Source: Lama glama (Eukaryota). From it: 64,000 nucleotides of DNA. Positions 39,801 through 52,679 of the stretch are shown here, in pieces. The notes beneath the pieces are model-generated. The model was not told where the DNA came from. It did not search any database and was given only the letters and a program-made list of their open reading frames with translations. A program made the translations under genes and the position numbers. Where the stretch lies: contig CM052816.1 in assembly GCA_028534125.1 (NCBI GenBank), forward strand, positions 4,032,001 to 4,096,000. Direction: 5' to 3'. Position 1 is the first letter of the stretch. Each line of letters starts with the position of its first letter.

Positions 39801-41375
39801 GGGGTAGTCAGAAGGGAGGATCGCAGAGAAAGGGAGAAGCTACTAGAGGAAAACTTTAAAATCGCTACAACACTGTGGGGTACAAATGTCTTCACCAGGC
39901 AGGCTTGAGAGTGGTGGGCAAGTTTGGGAGGTGGGTGCAATGGTTATGAAGAACACGACTTTGCGGGTGTGACTCAATTCATTCTTCAATGTGAAGGATT
40001 TCAGTAATGTAGGGATAGCATTCAGTGCAGAGAAAGCCCATAGTTGTCTAAAAATTCTCCCCCAAAACTTCACATTAAATTAGTTGAATTTTGGGCATAA
40101 GTCTTTGCACATTCTGAAAGACAGGAGGACAGAGCGTGGCTCCACAACGGCTGTGGATAAACTTGGCTTCATCAACACACCCGGCAAGCTGCAGGCACTG
40201 TAGTCTCTCCTAAGTGGTTTATGTCCCTATGAAGCAACAATTACTATTATATTTAAAAAGAGCCATGTAAGTGATGTACTTTGCTGACACAGTAATGGAA
40301 ATGAAGTGCATATAATAAGAAAACACCCATTAAATCCCAGAGCGCTCTGAGAACCCCAAAAGGCAAAACAAATAATAGACCCAGGAAGACAAAGAGAGGC
40401 TACCAGCTCAGAAATTAAGACACAGCCAAGGGCAGATTATGAGAAGAATATTTTTGCACCAAGCTACATCAAGGAGGAACAAAAATATTGCCTTGTCATA
40501 CTTTCAGCATCTCTCTCAAAAATGTTTTCATTATTTCCTAAAGTCTCCATGACAATCTTCGCAAGATGCACTGGTCTAAACTTCTTCAGACAACTAAGAT
40601 GTTTCTCCTTCTTTTGAAAAATATATATTACTGAATTTCCACAATCAGGGGATACTTGAGACAAAAAATAGTAAGCAGACCAGAAAAGATAACAGCATTT
40701 CATCCTAAAATAGCCTATCGACAACTTTCAAACAGGTTGATGCATGTATCCTTAGAGACCAATACTTGAAAAATATCTAAATCCTGTATACAGAAACAGA
40801 AGTCCACTGTCAATACCTGTCAAGTCCAGGGTACTCTCACAAGCTCATCCACCTGTAGGCTTGGCTATTCAACCAGAAAAAATTAACAGATTTCCAGGCA
40901 GTGTGTTGTATAGATTGGAGCATCTGGGCTCCATCACCTTGCATTTTTGGCAACACAAAAATAACATCCTAAAGTCATGTAAAAAAGGGTTACGCTGGGA
41001 TTCAGCTACCTTTTTAGAGGACAGAGGCTGAACAATTTCTTTGCTAAGCTGGGTATCTCTGAAAGAGACTGATCTTTGTCTTTTTTTTAATAAGAGTTTA
41101 TTTCACACAATGTTGAGTACCAAGATTAAAGAGCAGATGGAACATAAAGGGATGGTGTTGGCACTTAGGATGGCTGTTGGCAAGTCTTTTCTGCTGCCCC
41201 TCCTTATTGGAAACCATCTTTAACGGCCCAACTAAATTCCTATTACCTCCATGAAACACGCAAAACTGCAGCGTCAAAGACTCCTTCCCTCCCAAAGTAC
41301 TGGCTACCATTACAATTTGACTCTTAAGTGTATACAGTCTGGTGAGATTTCTTGAATTAAAAATACATGTGTATA

Positions 41376-41679
41376 AAACATAGAAAACAAATTTACTGTT
41401 ACTAAAGGGCAAAGGCATGGTGGGGAGGGATAAATTAGGAGTTTGGGATTAACATATACAAAGTACTACATATAAAATAAGCAACAAGGTCCTACTGTAT
41501 AGCATAGGGAACTATATTCAGTATCTTACAGTACCCTGTAAAGGAAAATAATCTAAAAAAGAATATATTTATATACACCCCCCCACACACACATATGTAC
41601 GTATAACTGAATCACTTTGCTGTACACCAGAGACTAACACCACATTGTAAACCAACTATACTTCAATAAAAAATTTTCT
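41376..41679 (+). mobile_element. Cetartiodactyl-type L1 3' UTR, 5'-truncated
   Basis: GGATAAATTAGGAGTTTGGGATTAAC...CTGTATAGCATAGGGAACTATATTCA...ACTATACTTCAATAAAAA. Degenerate TSD AAAAATACATGTGTATA / AAAAATGTATGTGTGTA. Confidence 0.9.
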
Positions 41680-44600
41680 AAAAATGTATGTGTGTAGATG
41701 TACAATTATACAATTATAAAAATTACACTTCACAACTATGCCAATACATTATATTTATACACATATGTATATACGTATACACATGCATGCACGCACATAC
41801 ATACACACATAGAAAATGTATTGAGCAATTATTTTATTTTCGGCCCTGATCCAGTATTTTATTTCATTTCATTGGCACAACAACTCTAAAAAATAGAAAA
41901 CATTATTATCATGTTAGTTTTCCAGGGGAGGAGACCGAGGAAAGTAATTTGTTCTCCAGTTACTATAATCTTTGAGTTATCCATGAGTTTATAAAGACAG
42001 TTGTCTTGCCTCTTCAAATAAGCTTATGAGACCTAGAAGACAGCGCTGTCTATTATTCCGTGTCCCTTGGAAAGCCCAGCACACTGTTTTGTGCACATGT
42101 ACGTGCACGTGCCAAGGAGTTTTGATTTGATATTGAAAAGACCAGAAAGGTAATGCTTACGGAAAATGTACCCTCTAAAATGACTGACATTTGAGTTCAG
42201 TATTGATTTGGAAATACAACTCAAGACCCATCCCCATTCAGTACTAGAACCAAATACCAAATGAATATGAATGGGAGGCATTTCTGTGTCTGCCCCTCTT
42301 TTGGTATTTCTAGCATGGGCAGGAGCAGGATGGAAACAGTCAGCAACATGGGCTCCCTCGTTGTAAAACAATGATGCTGACACCGGGTTCAAGGCCATTT
42401 CATGAAGGGAGCTGCAGAGACAGGATGGGGAACAACGCTGAAAAGGCTGAGAGAAAAGAAAGTGGGGGGGAAACCCCGACATTCACATCCTGTGGATTAA
42501 AAATCCAGTGAAAGGAGAATAAGAAGCCAGTTCAACAATTGATAGAATTTTCAATGCAGTCAACCTAAGCTTCAATATTTATTCCAACAGGAAAATTGAA
42601 CCTCAAGTCCAAAAATGACTCTCAGCTCCCATTCTCTGTCCAAATACACATACATTCACATTTATGGGTGACTTGGTGGCTCTATTTAAATTCTCAGCTC
42701 TAAAAGCTGCGGGAGACTGTAAATAGACTCAATTTAGCCATTTTTATCAAATTGTATTAGCTTTCCTTCCCTGCCATTCTCCAAGGCAGGCAAAGTTCAG
42801 ACGTGCAGAAAATGTAAATGATTTTTTTTTTTTTTTTGATAACAGCACTGGTAGGTTCCAAACCCAGAAATCAGCTCATGCTTATTTCTGAGAGCTTGTT
42901 GAGTGATGCCTGGTCATGGCTTTGTGCTAAGGGAATAAATTTCAGCATAAGGAGCCCAAGGAGTGTAGTACCTCAAGTCAGAAATGAAAAAAAAAGTCAT
43001 GACGCTAGCACCATAGAGTGCCTGACACCCAGCAGGCCTTCCATGCTGGATGGAAAAGACATTCTAGGCAAGGATCAGGACTGAACACATCTCCCTACAG
43101 AGCAAACCGTGTGCGGTTAATGACAGCGTCTGTTACAGACTCTGAGACAGAGGAAACCAAGGTCACTGCCAAGCTGGTAGATTCCTCCAGGAAGCCTGAT
43201 GCATTCTTATAAAGGCACCAGCCCTGGTCTGGTTCCTCAAGACTTAAAAGAGAAGCAGACTTCACTCCCTGGTGTCTCACTCCTCAATTCACAAGTGGTG
43301 AGATGACATTTGTGTCTTAACTATTTATTACCTCCCTAAACTTCCATTACCTTAGTGTTTTCTCATGATCCCTCATTCAGGAAAGTGGAATCCAGCATTC
43401 TCCAAGTGGGATAAAGAGTATCATGATCATTAACAGAAAAAAAAAATAAGGCACATAAAAATATTTGGCTATTTACCAATACACCTTTGATAGGAAAAAT
43501 TCAGACAGAAATATGACGACATTCCCACCAGCCAGACCTAGTCAAGTGGATCTCTTAGCTGAGAAGGAGTGAAGTATGATAAACAAAACAAAATAAAACT
43601 AAGATAATCAGATATGATAAACTCCTACCTCGCCTCCTCCCCCAGGTCCCATGCGTGTGGAGATTACAGAATCCAACTCAGTTTTAAGGATTTTAGAGGA
43701 CAGCTGTGCTCCATTTCCTCTCAGAATTAAGGAGGCTGAGGGTGTTAGGTCTGCCCTAAGCCAGTGTTTCGATGTACATATGAATCACCTCGCAGAGACC
43801 CAGAGCAATGTAGGGGAAACAATCAAGCCTTTCTATCCTCTGAGCAGGTAGGAGGCATCAGCTGAGACAGTAAGCTGGAGGGTCGAATAGTCCTCAAGGT
43901 CAAAGTGAAGAGGGAGCGGCCATGGGTCACGTGCACCATTTCTTCAGAGACCATGGTAGGACTTGAGAGGATGATTGTACTCTCAGGAGAATAAACCAGA
44001 ATAACAAGAAGTCAAGTCTAAAAAGGAGCTTGGCCACTTCCCTGCAAATGCAAAGGTGTATGGAAAACCTTGCTTTTTGGATTTGGTTTATGCTCGTCAT
44101 GAAATTTACTCAGTCCGACCTGCCTCCCTGGTCTTCAGCCACCTGGTCAGTGGAGAGCTGTGTGCACCACCCTTGTAGCCTTGTTTGTTAACACCTGCCC
44201 TCACGTCACCCCACAGGAGGGCGGGGCTGCAGCAAAGCCTCCATCCACATCGAAGGGGGCTCCAGCATCTCTGCCTCCACATGGGATGAGCCCAGAGATG
44301 CTCTGTGATAAAACACAGGAGGGCAGACAGAGCTCTGACCCATGGAGCGAGCCATCTGTGTTTGTCAAACTGCAGCCAGTTCTGTAATCTGCCAACTTTA
44401 TTTGCTTATTTCCTTGCATGTCTCACTTTTTTCTCCTTCATTCACACCACCCTGGGACTGCACACTACACTAATCATGAACCTGTGTGTTCTGTCACACA
44501 CTCCATTTCCTAGAGAATCTGGGCTAAAGCACCCTGACTCCAAAATTAACTCCAGGACAGAAGAGGGCAGGGGGGACCTTAATTTGATCTGAACTTAACA

Positions 44601-44914
44601 AATGGCTAATTTTGACTGAATTCAGCAGATAGGACTGGGATGGAAGGTTGATACAGGTACATCTTTATACATCTGACACTATCGCTTATAAATTGAATAT
44701 TTGCTCTGTTCAGAAACAGGAAAAAAAATTCAAACTTTATGAAAATCATTTGCCTAAAGGCTTGAAACACACGGTTGTGATCTGAAATTAAGGGCCATCC
44801 AGGAAAGAGAAAAGGGAAAGAGGGAAATGTTCATGTCTATACCACAAACATAGTACATCACCCCTTTTCTGTATCGCTCATTCTTGGTTTTACAGTAAAA
44901 AGGGTAAGTACAAG

Positions 44915-45150
44915 CAGAGTGGCTAAAAACTTAATATAGAAGGGGCTGTGTTCTGGTGTTGAAGAGAGCCAGGCTGAGTGCTACTTCTGCAGTTCCCCAG
45001 TAACTGACTGAAGCTCTCAGTCTCCCCATCCATAAAACAGACTCAAGAGCACATACCTCTGGGATCTGCTGTGAGACAAACAAAGTTCCTAGTAAGTTGC
45101 CTAGAAAAGAGAAAGCTCTTAATAAATGTGCACTATGATTATTATTATGT
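44915..45150 (+). mobile_element. MIR SINE
   Basis: CTCTCAGTCTCCCCATCCATAAAACAG...CATACCTCTGGGATCTGCTGTGAG...CTTAATAAATGTGCACTATGATTATT. Confidence 0.7.
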
Positions 45151-45434
45151 TGTTCGAGTGCAACTGGAAAAATTCTTCAACTAGCAAAGAGAATGTGCCT
45201 CAGTGATACAAAGGTGGATATTCACAGAAATAAAGTATTTCTTGTTCTCTTGTCATTCTTAAGAGATTTTTCCCTGTGGCATAATAGACAACTGAGTATC
45301 TTCACGATGAAACAGAAGCTCCAATATTTGATATGTTTGGGCATTGATTCCCTTAAAATTTAAAAAAAAAATTCGTAGTACACATCTATAAAGAAAGATA
45401 CAAATATTTGTAAATAAAAATACACAAAGTAACA

Positions 45435-45632
45435 TTTGATGCCAACATCTAAGGCCCAGAAGTAAATCCAGCCTGCTGTCTTTGCAAATAAAGTTTTACT
45501 GGTACGCAGCCATGTGCATTCATTCACATAGCATCTATAGCTGTCCTCTGACAAGAAGAGAAGTCTTCTGGTTCACAAAGGCTAACTTATTTCCTATCTG
45601 GCTCTTCAGAGAAAAAGGTTTGCTGACTTCTG
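45435..45632. mobile_element. MER58A-like hAT-Charlie element
   Basis: GCAAATAAAGTTTTACTGGTACGCAGCCATG...TATCTGGCTCTTCAGAGAAAAAGGTTTGCTGACTTCTG. Confidence 0.8.
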
Positions 45633-46624
45633 ACCTCAGAGAAGAAACTGAGGGAAGAGGCGAGAACAGGAGACATGCTCTGGAAGGTAAGATTTAGAAA
45701 ATATTAAATGAGGTGACTTGAAATGATAAGAAAATATTTACTAGTTGAGGATGGGTACAACTGGAGAAGAGGCACAGAAATAATAAACCAATCAAGTTCA
45801 ACATTAGCAAAAGTCTAAGGGCATTAATGCCACTTAAGGCTGAAAATTAAAACAAAGAATGTTTCTGTATTTCTTCTCTAAGGTCTTAAGGTGCTTCTTC
45901 TTAGAAAATATAGTTAAAGAAAAGCACATAGAGTTATGAAACAGCCCCTTGTATGAAGCAAATGAAACAATAATTGCATTTAATGTTATGGTTGTTGATT
46001 TATAGGATTAATACTGAAACATCTTTGAGATTATAAAGAATATTTTCAAATAAATGTAATTATGTGACATTTTTACTTTATTACTTCAATAAATTAATTG
46101 AAGGAATAAAATATAGGAAGTGGAGCTTTATTTTTAACAGAAAAACTAGAGAAATCAATTATTTAAGAATCTGAAATTAGTACATGTAAGATGGATGCTG
46201 GGCTAGATCTTCACCTGTACAATGATACATTCCTGTTTAGAAAACAGACTGCCTTCTAGTTTCATATAATCTTTAAAAAATTTAGCTTATTTAAGATGAT
46301 GATATATTTCCCTTTCTGAGATAGTTTTATTCATTATGTAATTATTGTATCATGGTGAATCTCTTGTGAAAAATTTGACTTAAAGATGTAAAAATATGTC
46401 TCAGCTGATATAATACAGTGAATCATACTGATTCAAATATTTACTGAAAAATAGTTTGTTGAAGAACTCATTTCTTTGGTAAAAAAAAAACACTACAATT
46501 TCCTAATGTCTAACTTCAGTCTTTCATAAGTACTTAATGAAAAATGTCACCTTTTCTGTATAAACAAAAACACTTTCTAGACTCTACATATTTAGCAATC
46601 CAAGATTGGTTAAAGAAGTTAAGG

Positions 46625-46850
46625 GAAGGGATAAATTGGGAGTTCGAGACTGGCAGATACTTACTGGTATATATAAAATAGATAAACAAGTTTATATTGT
46701 ATAGCACAGGGAACTACATTCAATATCTTGTAGTAGCTTATGGTGAAAAAGTATGTGAAAACGAATATATGTATATTCATGTACAACTGAAGCATTGTGC
46801 CGTACACCAGAAATTGACAACGTTGTAAACTGACTATACTTCAATAAAAA
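46625..46850 (+). mobile_element. Young L1 3' UTR with 13-bp TSD
   Basis: GGGATAAATTGGGAGTTCGAGA...CTGACTATACTTCAATAAAA flanked by AAAGAAGTTAAGG (46612-46624) and AAAGAAACTAAGG (46851-46863). Confidence 0.9.
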
Positions 46851-47289
46851 AAAGAAACTAAGGTATTCTTATGGAGCCATTAAAATCATCATAAAATATT
46901 GAATGACATTGAACATATGTTAACAATATATTAAATGAAAATGTTACAACAGTGGATTCCCATTTTGAAGAAAAACATCTGTGTGTATTTAAAAACACAC
47001 AGTGCTGCTTTCTACAGTTGGGAGATTCTTAGTGACTTTTACTTTCCCTTAGATACTTTTCTGCATTAATTTATGAATTTGATTTATTCAATATTTATTA
47101 CATCTATGGGTAACAGAAGCAATAAATTCAACTGAATATTTCATAAACACTGTTAATATCCCAGAAAAAAGTGGTTATCACAACCTGAAAAAACGTAATC
47201 CTTCTTGAAGCAAAAGGTATGATATGTTCCATTTTTAATGGGTTGTTCAGAGAGAAGGCATATGATATATATAGTGGTTGGGATTCCAT

Positions 47290-48561
47290 CATTTTTTAAC
47301 TGACGTGTCAATTTCTGGTGTACAGCATAATGTTTCAGTCATACATATATTTGTTTTCATATTTTTTTATTTTAGGTCAATAAAGATATTGAATATAGTT
47401 CCCTGTGTTATACAGAAGAAACTTCTTGTTTATCTATTCTATATATAGTAGTTAGTATGTGCAAATCTCCAAGTCCCAATTTATCCCTTCCCATCCACTT
47501 TCCCCACTGGGACCATAAGTTTGTTTTCTATGTCTATGAGTCTGTTTCTGTTTTATAAATAAGTTCATTTGTCTTTTTTGGTTTTTTTTTTAGATTCCAC
47601 ATACGGGTGATACCATATGGTATTTTTCTTTCTGTTTCTAGTTTGCTTCACTTAGAAAGATAATGTCCAGGTCCCATGTTGCTGCAACTGGCTTTATTTT
47701 ATTCTTTTTTTTTTATGACGAAGTAGTATTCCATTGTATATATACCACAACTTCTTTATCCAGTCATCTGTCCATGAACATTCAGGTTGTTTCCATGTCT
47801 TGGCCTTGTAAATAGTGCTGCTATGAACACTGAGGTGTGTGTATCTTTTCAAACTAGAGTTCCCTCTATTTATACGCCCAGGAGTGAGATTGCTGGATCA
47901 TATAGTAAGTCTATTTTTAAGTTTTTAAGGAATCTCCATACTGTTTTCCATAACAGCCGCACCAAACTACCTTCCCACCAGCAGTGTAGGAGGGTTCCCT
48001 TCTCTCTACACCCTCTCCAGCATTTGTTGTTTGTGGAACTTTGAATGATGGCCATTCTGACTGAGGTAAGGTGATACCTCATTGTAGTTTTGATTTGTAT
48101 TTCACTGATAATTAGTGATACTGAGCATTTTTTCATGTGCCATTTGTATCTCTTCATTGGAGAATTCTTTGTTTAGATCTTCTCCCCATTTTTGGATTGG
48201 GTTGTTTGTTTTTTTCTTATTAAGTTGTATGAGCTGTTTATGTATTCTGGAATTAAGCCACATATAAGCCAATGAGGTTAGAACATTCCAATCACAAAAA
48301 TAAACTCAAAATGGCTTAAAGACTTAAACATAAGACAAGACATTATAAATCTAGAAAAACACAGGCAAAACATTTTCTAACATCTTAGCAATGTTCTCCT
48401 AGGGCAGTCTACCCAGCCAATAGAAATAAAAGAAAAAATAAACAAATGGAACCTAATGAAATGTATAAGCTTTTGCTCAGCAAAGGAAACCATAAGCAAA
48501 ATAAAAGGATGACCTATAGAAAAGGAGAAAATATTTGCAAATGATGCAAGTGACATTTTTT
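47290..48561 (-). mobile_element. Young L1 with 5' inversion (twin priming)
   Basis: Antisense 3' UTR and ORF2 end at 47298-48259 (ORF 47870-48157: [11 protein letters not shown]...[17 protein letters not shown]) joined to a plus-strand ORF2 piece at 48260-48555. Possible TSD CATTTTTT. Confidence 0.9.
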
Positions 48562-48779
48562 GTGGGTAGAAGTTTTTCATTTGCCTGAAACCTAATCTCA
48601 AAGAGCTGATAATTAGAAATTGATCATCTTTTTAAAACTTACAGTTTAAATTAACTACTCAACAGATATTCCAAGCATCAAAAAATAAGTAAAATTCACA
48701 TTTTTATTCTTTAACAAGGATTCACAGCTTTTATTTATGAATGTACTCTTACAATTAACAACCACAGATTTTTGTATAG

Positions 48780-48970
48780 ACAGCACATGCCATTTTACAG
48801 AGCTGATTACTTTCTTTGATGTTTCAAATAATCTTGTGAAATAGGCAGGACAGATATTACCATTCCTGTAATAACAGAAACGAGGTTGGTCACATAAGCG
48901 AATAAAAGTTGTAGAACTGGGATAGAAACCCCAAATCCCATTCTTTTTCAAAGATAGCATGCTGCTTCTT
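48780..48970 (-). mobile_element. MIR SINE
   Basis: ATAATCTTGTGAAATAGGCAGGACAGATATTACCATTCCTG...CAGAAACGAGG...GGTCACA...AGAACTGGGATAGAAACCC. Confidence 0.7.
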
Positions 48971-49294
48971 GAAACCATGATGGGAAAGTGTACCACCTTG
49001 AGGAATGGCTAAAGGAAAAATCACATTGTTCACATCCATGTATTTAATAAAGATGATATGAAGTTCAATGACAGCTGTAGTGACAGAGATTAAGACTTGT
49101 AGTCAGAGTTAGGAGATCTCAAATCTAGTCCTTTCCATCACTCTAATATGCTGTGTGATTTGTAGAAAGTCTCAAATCTAAGTTTGTGAAATCCCTTCCA
49201 GATTCTTGATTCTGTCTGCTAAGCAGATTAATAAGAGCAAATAGAGTGATGAATTTCTTCCATTTGCCATTGAAGAATGACTCTTGCCTTCTCT

Positions 49295-50085
49295 ATTACA
49301 CCCAGTGCCCTGAGAGTTGATCTGAATGGCCTTCATCAGTGGACTCCTTGGTCTTCAATACTTCTGGCTGAGTTTGGTCAATCCCCATTAGCAGGGGATC
49401 ACAGAGCAGAAGGAGAGTAGGGTTAGGTTACCTATACATCTGACTCCAGCCACCCCCAACCGTCTCTTTGGCAAGTTGATTATTTCAAGCTGAACACAAT
49501 CAAGAACAAAAAGACAAAGGAAGAAACTTTAACTTTCCCCCAACTGCCTAAAAGAATTTAGACAGAGGGTCTCTTCCCAGAATAGAGCTATCTGCAAAGA
49601 ATATGGGCTAGGTGTGCTGGAAGAAACTCTACAGGGCCTAGAGATCAGAGTACACTCTGTGTCCTGTTGCCTCTGCATGGCCCAGCAAACATCTGCTTTC
49701 CATCTCCATGTGAAATGCCTTCCTCCCTCTTTGAAACCCCAAACCACTGCCCCGAACATCCTCTTTCGTCTTTACCCTAAGATGGTATTTAAGGTGAGGG
49801 CTTTGGCCATGTTGGTGAGTTACTCAGTTTTTCTGGGTCTCTATCATGTACACATGTTATGAAAATTTGTTTGATTTTATTGTGTTAATGTGTCTCATGT
49901 CAATTTAATTCTTAGAAGAGCCAGAAGAACCTAGAAGGAAAGAGGAAAATTTCTTCCATCCTGACACTCCCTCCCCTTCCTCCTTCAAGACTGAAAGTGG
50001 CTGTAGCTTCCCCAGAGACCAGCACTATTCAGAGTTACTCTAAACTCCCCTACAGTCTCAGTTTAAGTATGCCATCTGCGTCCCA
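49295..50085. mobile_element. LTR33-like ERVL LTR split by a nested LTR
   Basis: Left part CTTCTGGCTGAGTTTGGTCAAT...AGCAGGGGATCACAGAGCAGAAGGAGAG. Right part CTCCTTCAAGACTGAAAGTGG...CAGTTTAAGTATGCCATCTG. Confidence 0.65.
49441..49966 (+). mobile_element. ERV1-class solo LTR (MER34-like)
   Basis: GCCACCCCCAA...CTCTTTGGCAAGTTGATTATTTCAAGCTGAA near the start, TATA-like GGTATTTAAG internally, and end AGAACCTAGAAGGAAAGAGGAAAATTTCTTCCATCCTGACA. Confidence 0.7.
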
Positions 50086-51149
50086 ATTCAAAAGATGGAA
50101 GAATACGGGAAACTCCTTTCTTTGGCCAATTTAACTCCACAGAAAAAAGTCACTTTCCCAAATGATAGATGCCAAACACTGCCTAAGAGTGGTGGGGACA
50201 CATAGGTTAGAGAAGGGAAGCTTCTAAGAGAACATCCGATGAAATTCAACACCCTTGTTCTACAGAGGAAAAATGGTGGACCAGAGTGTGACTCAGTAAA
50301 GAACACACTAGCTTCAGTATCTGAACCACCAGCACCCAACACACAGTCCTTTCCAACAACGGGAACCTCAGGCTAAATCTAGAGGAACCTCAAAAGTTCT
50401 AGAAACAATGAAGAGCCCAAAGAGAAATGTCTACCTGCAGCATTTATGAAATTCAAGTTCAAATTCTGAACATTCACCTTCACAATAATGGCAAGACTTG
50501 GGGGGGGGCAGGGCTGTGGCTACTGGTTAAACTGGTATCCTGATGCAGAAATAACAAACATACAGGTTCCTGTTCCTCTTGATCACCAATTTTGATATTA
50601 TGCACTTCTTGATGACTATTTTGGGTAACTCACATTATTTCAAAATTTGAATAGAAAGCCAGATGTTGATACATTAGTAATACATTATTTCAAAATTCCC
50701 AAATTCAAATGCTCAAAAAACTGCACCATATTTCCTATCAAACAGGAAGTTATATAAGCAAAGGACCCAGTCAAACACTGAACTATTATATTAATTATAG
50801 TTACTTTTAACTTATCATTAAGAAAAAGTTCCACTTTCAAAATCCATTGTGTTGCAGCACAAATTATCAAAGTTATGAATCTGTTGGTGAAACAAAGCTA
50901 GAACAACGCTTTGCTCACACAATGAAGGGAAATTATCCAGAATGAAGAAAGTCTCTTGTTTTTGTGATGCAAAGTACATTTGGTGTTCCTGATTGGTGGA
51001 ACAATGTCTTTCCCTCTGACTAAACACTACCTTTCAGTTTTTGTATAGTCCCTGGCCAAGTGGAGGTGGGGGAATACTGATGGATGGAGGTTCTGAACAG
51101 GTGAGACTCAAAGTCTTCTTAAAGGATGTTAAGTGGACAGTCACCCATT

Positions 51150-51405
51150 AGACCAATGTCAAAAGCAGAGGGGGCCAGATTTGGAGTTCAGTGCCTGGCT
51201 TTGCTTATTCTTAACTGCCTTTCTCAGGGCAATTAAGAATTATAATCTGAGTCTTGGTTTTTTCCTTAGTAAAATGCTGAAAAGTACACTCATACCTCAT
51301 AGCACGTATGAGCACTAAGTGAGATAATCTGTGTAAGAGCATTTAGCATGGTTCTAGCAACACAGCTGGGATGCAATCATATTTACTGTTTACGTACTAT
51401 TGCTA
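51150..51405 (+). mobile_element. MIR SINE
   Basis: CTGAGTCTTGGTTTTTTCCTTAGTAAAATG...CATACCTCATAG...AAGTGAGATAATCTGTGTAAGAGCATTTAGCA. Confidence 0.75.
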
Positions 51406-51809
51406 CATTGATGACTATTCATTCATGGCCAGAAAAGACACTAAAGACCTCAAGGGCTCAAGTCAAACATCTTATCAAAAACCTGCTTTTCAGTAAGTTT
51501 GGTCCATTTCATGATTCTTGCCTGTAGAGAGAGATCTTAGGAACGTTGCTTACATGATGGTTGAGCATCTCAAGCACAATAAATCTTGGAGCACACTGTA
51601 ACTAAAATTTGGCAAGTATCAGGGCTCTAAGACATTTCTATAGAATGTATAACAATTTCTACTTTCTTGAATTTGTCTTCGAAGGCCAAAGGAAACGACT
51701 GCCTTACAATCACATATTACTGAGAACCGTGAATAGCAAGAATTCCACTAAGAACATCTACACTAAAACTCAGTGGGGACCCACCTGGGTTTCAAGTCAC
51801 AGGTAGAAG

Positions 51810-52000
51810 TTAGTGATTCCCAACTACCTGTCCATGGAAGACCTGCCTTAGTGGAATCCAGGGCCCTGAAAAAATAAAAAAGCACATTCCTGGTCCTCAC
51901 CCCTGGAATTCTAATTCAGCAGGCCTGGGGCTGAGCTGCACCGCTGGGTTTTAATGCTTTTGTGGTATTCTCCCACACAAACAGATCTGGGAACCCCTGC
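51810..52000. mobile_element. MER5-like hAT relic
   Basis: TAGTGATTCCCAAC...ATTCCTGGTCCTCACCCCTGGAATTCTAATTCAGCAGGCCTGGGG...CTGGGAACCCCTG. Confidence 0.65.
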
Positions 52001-52189
52001 AAAATGAACTGTCAGTCAGGAAGACTTAGCACTACTCTGGATAACCTGACAGAGTGCTCTTTGCAATTTCTCTCTCCTCTCCCAGCCCCAGTTCACATAT
52101 TTTCAACACAAAGGGGTTGCATTTCAAGTATCTTTAAGATCTCTTCTGGATTCTGCCAGTTTGCTGGGGATGGTAAAAGTACGTGGAAA

Positions 52190-52560
52190 GAGCAATCAAG
52201 AGGGAATACCCCGGTGAATATGGAAAAGGTCAACGCCCGTTTGGTAGAATTTTCGCAGGTCAATTGATTTTTTGATAGCTCCTCGGAAGGCTTTCCCGCC
52301 ACATGAAGCAGAAAAACATTATCTTCTACCTTCTGTTTCCTCTTACCTCAGAGGCCTGCTACCTCTGCAGCAAAGCTGCCAGCTTCCTGCATACTGACGT
52401 GTTCATCAAGCTAAAGTTAATGAGAAACTGAGCCTTGGCAGGAAGCCCTGTGCCATCTCAACTCTCCTGGTCACCGCCAAGAAGGCGCAAGTCAGTCTGC
52501 ACAGAGCGAGAGAAGCCTCTGAGCAGCCAGGATGCTGATGAACCAGAAGTCGCAGAAATT
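52190..52560. promoter_or_regulatory. CpG-enriched, motif-rich unique segment (candidate enhancer or alternative promoter)
   Basis: About a dozen CpGs in about 370 bp, with kB-like, E2F-like, nuclear-receptor half-site and CRE half-site motifs. Confidence 0.3.
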
Positions 52561-52679
52561 CTGCAGGAGTTGGGCACCTGTGCTTTGGGCTCTGGGCCTG
52601 GCTCACAACATGACCAGGTTTGGGTTGCTTTTCCCTATTTGCTTTTTTGTTTGTTTCTTCCCCATTAAAAATAAAAGTT

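Noticed and set aside
44896..44909. Plus-strand acceptor followed after 8 nt by AGG|GTAAGT, with similar pairs near 4894-4910 and 18852-18871
   Set aside because: The lengths are not multiples of three, and isolated splice-like motifs are expected by chance in 64 kb.
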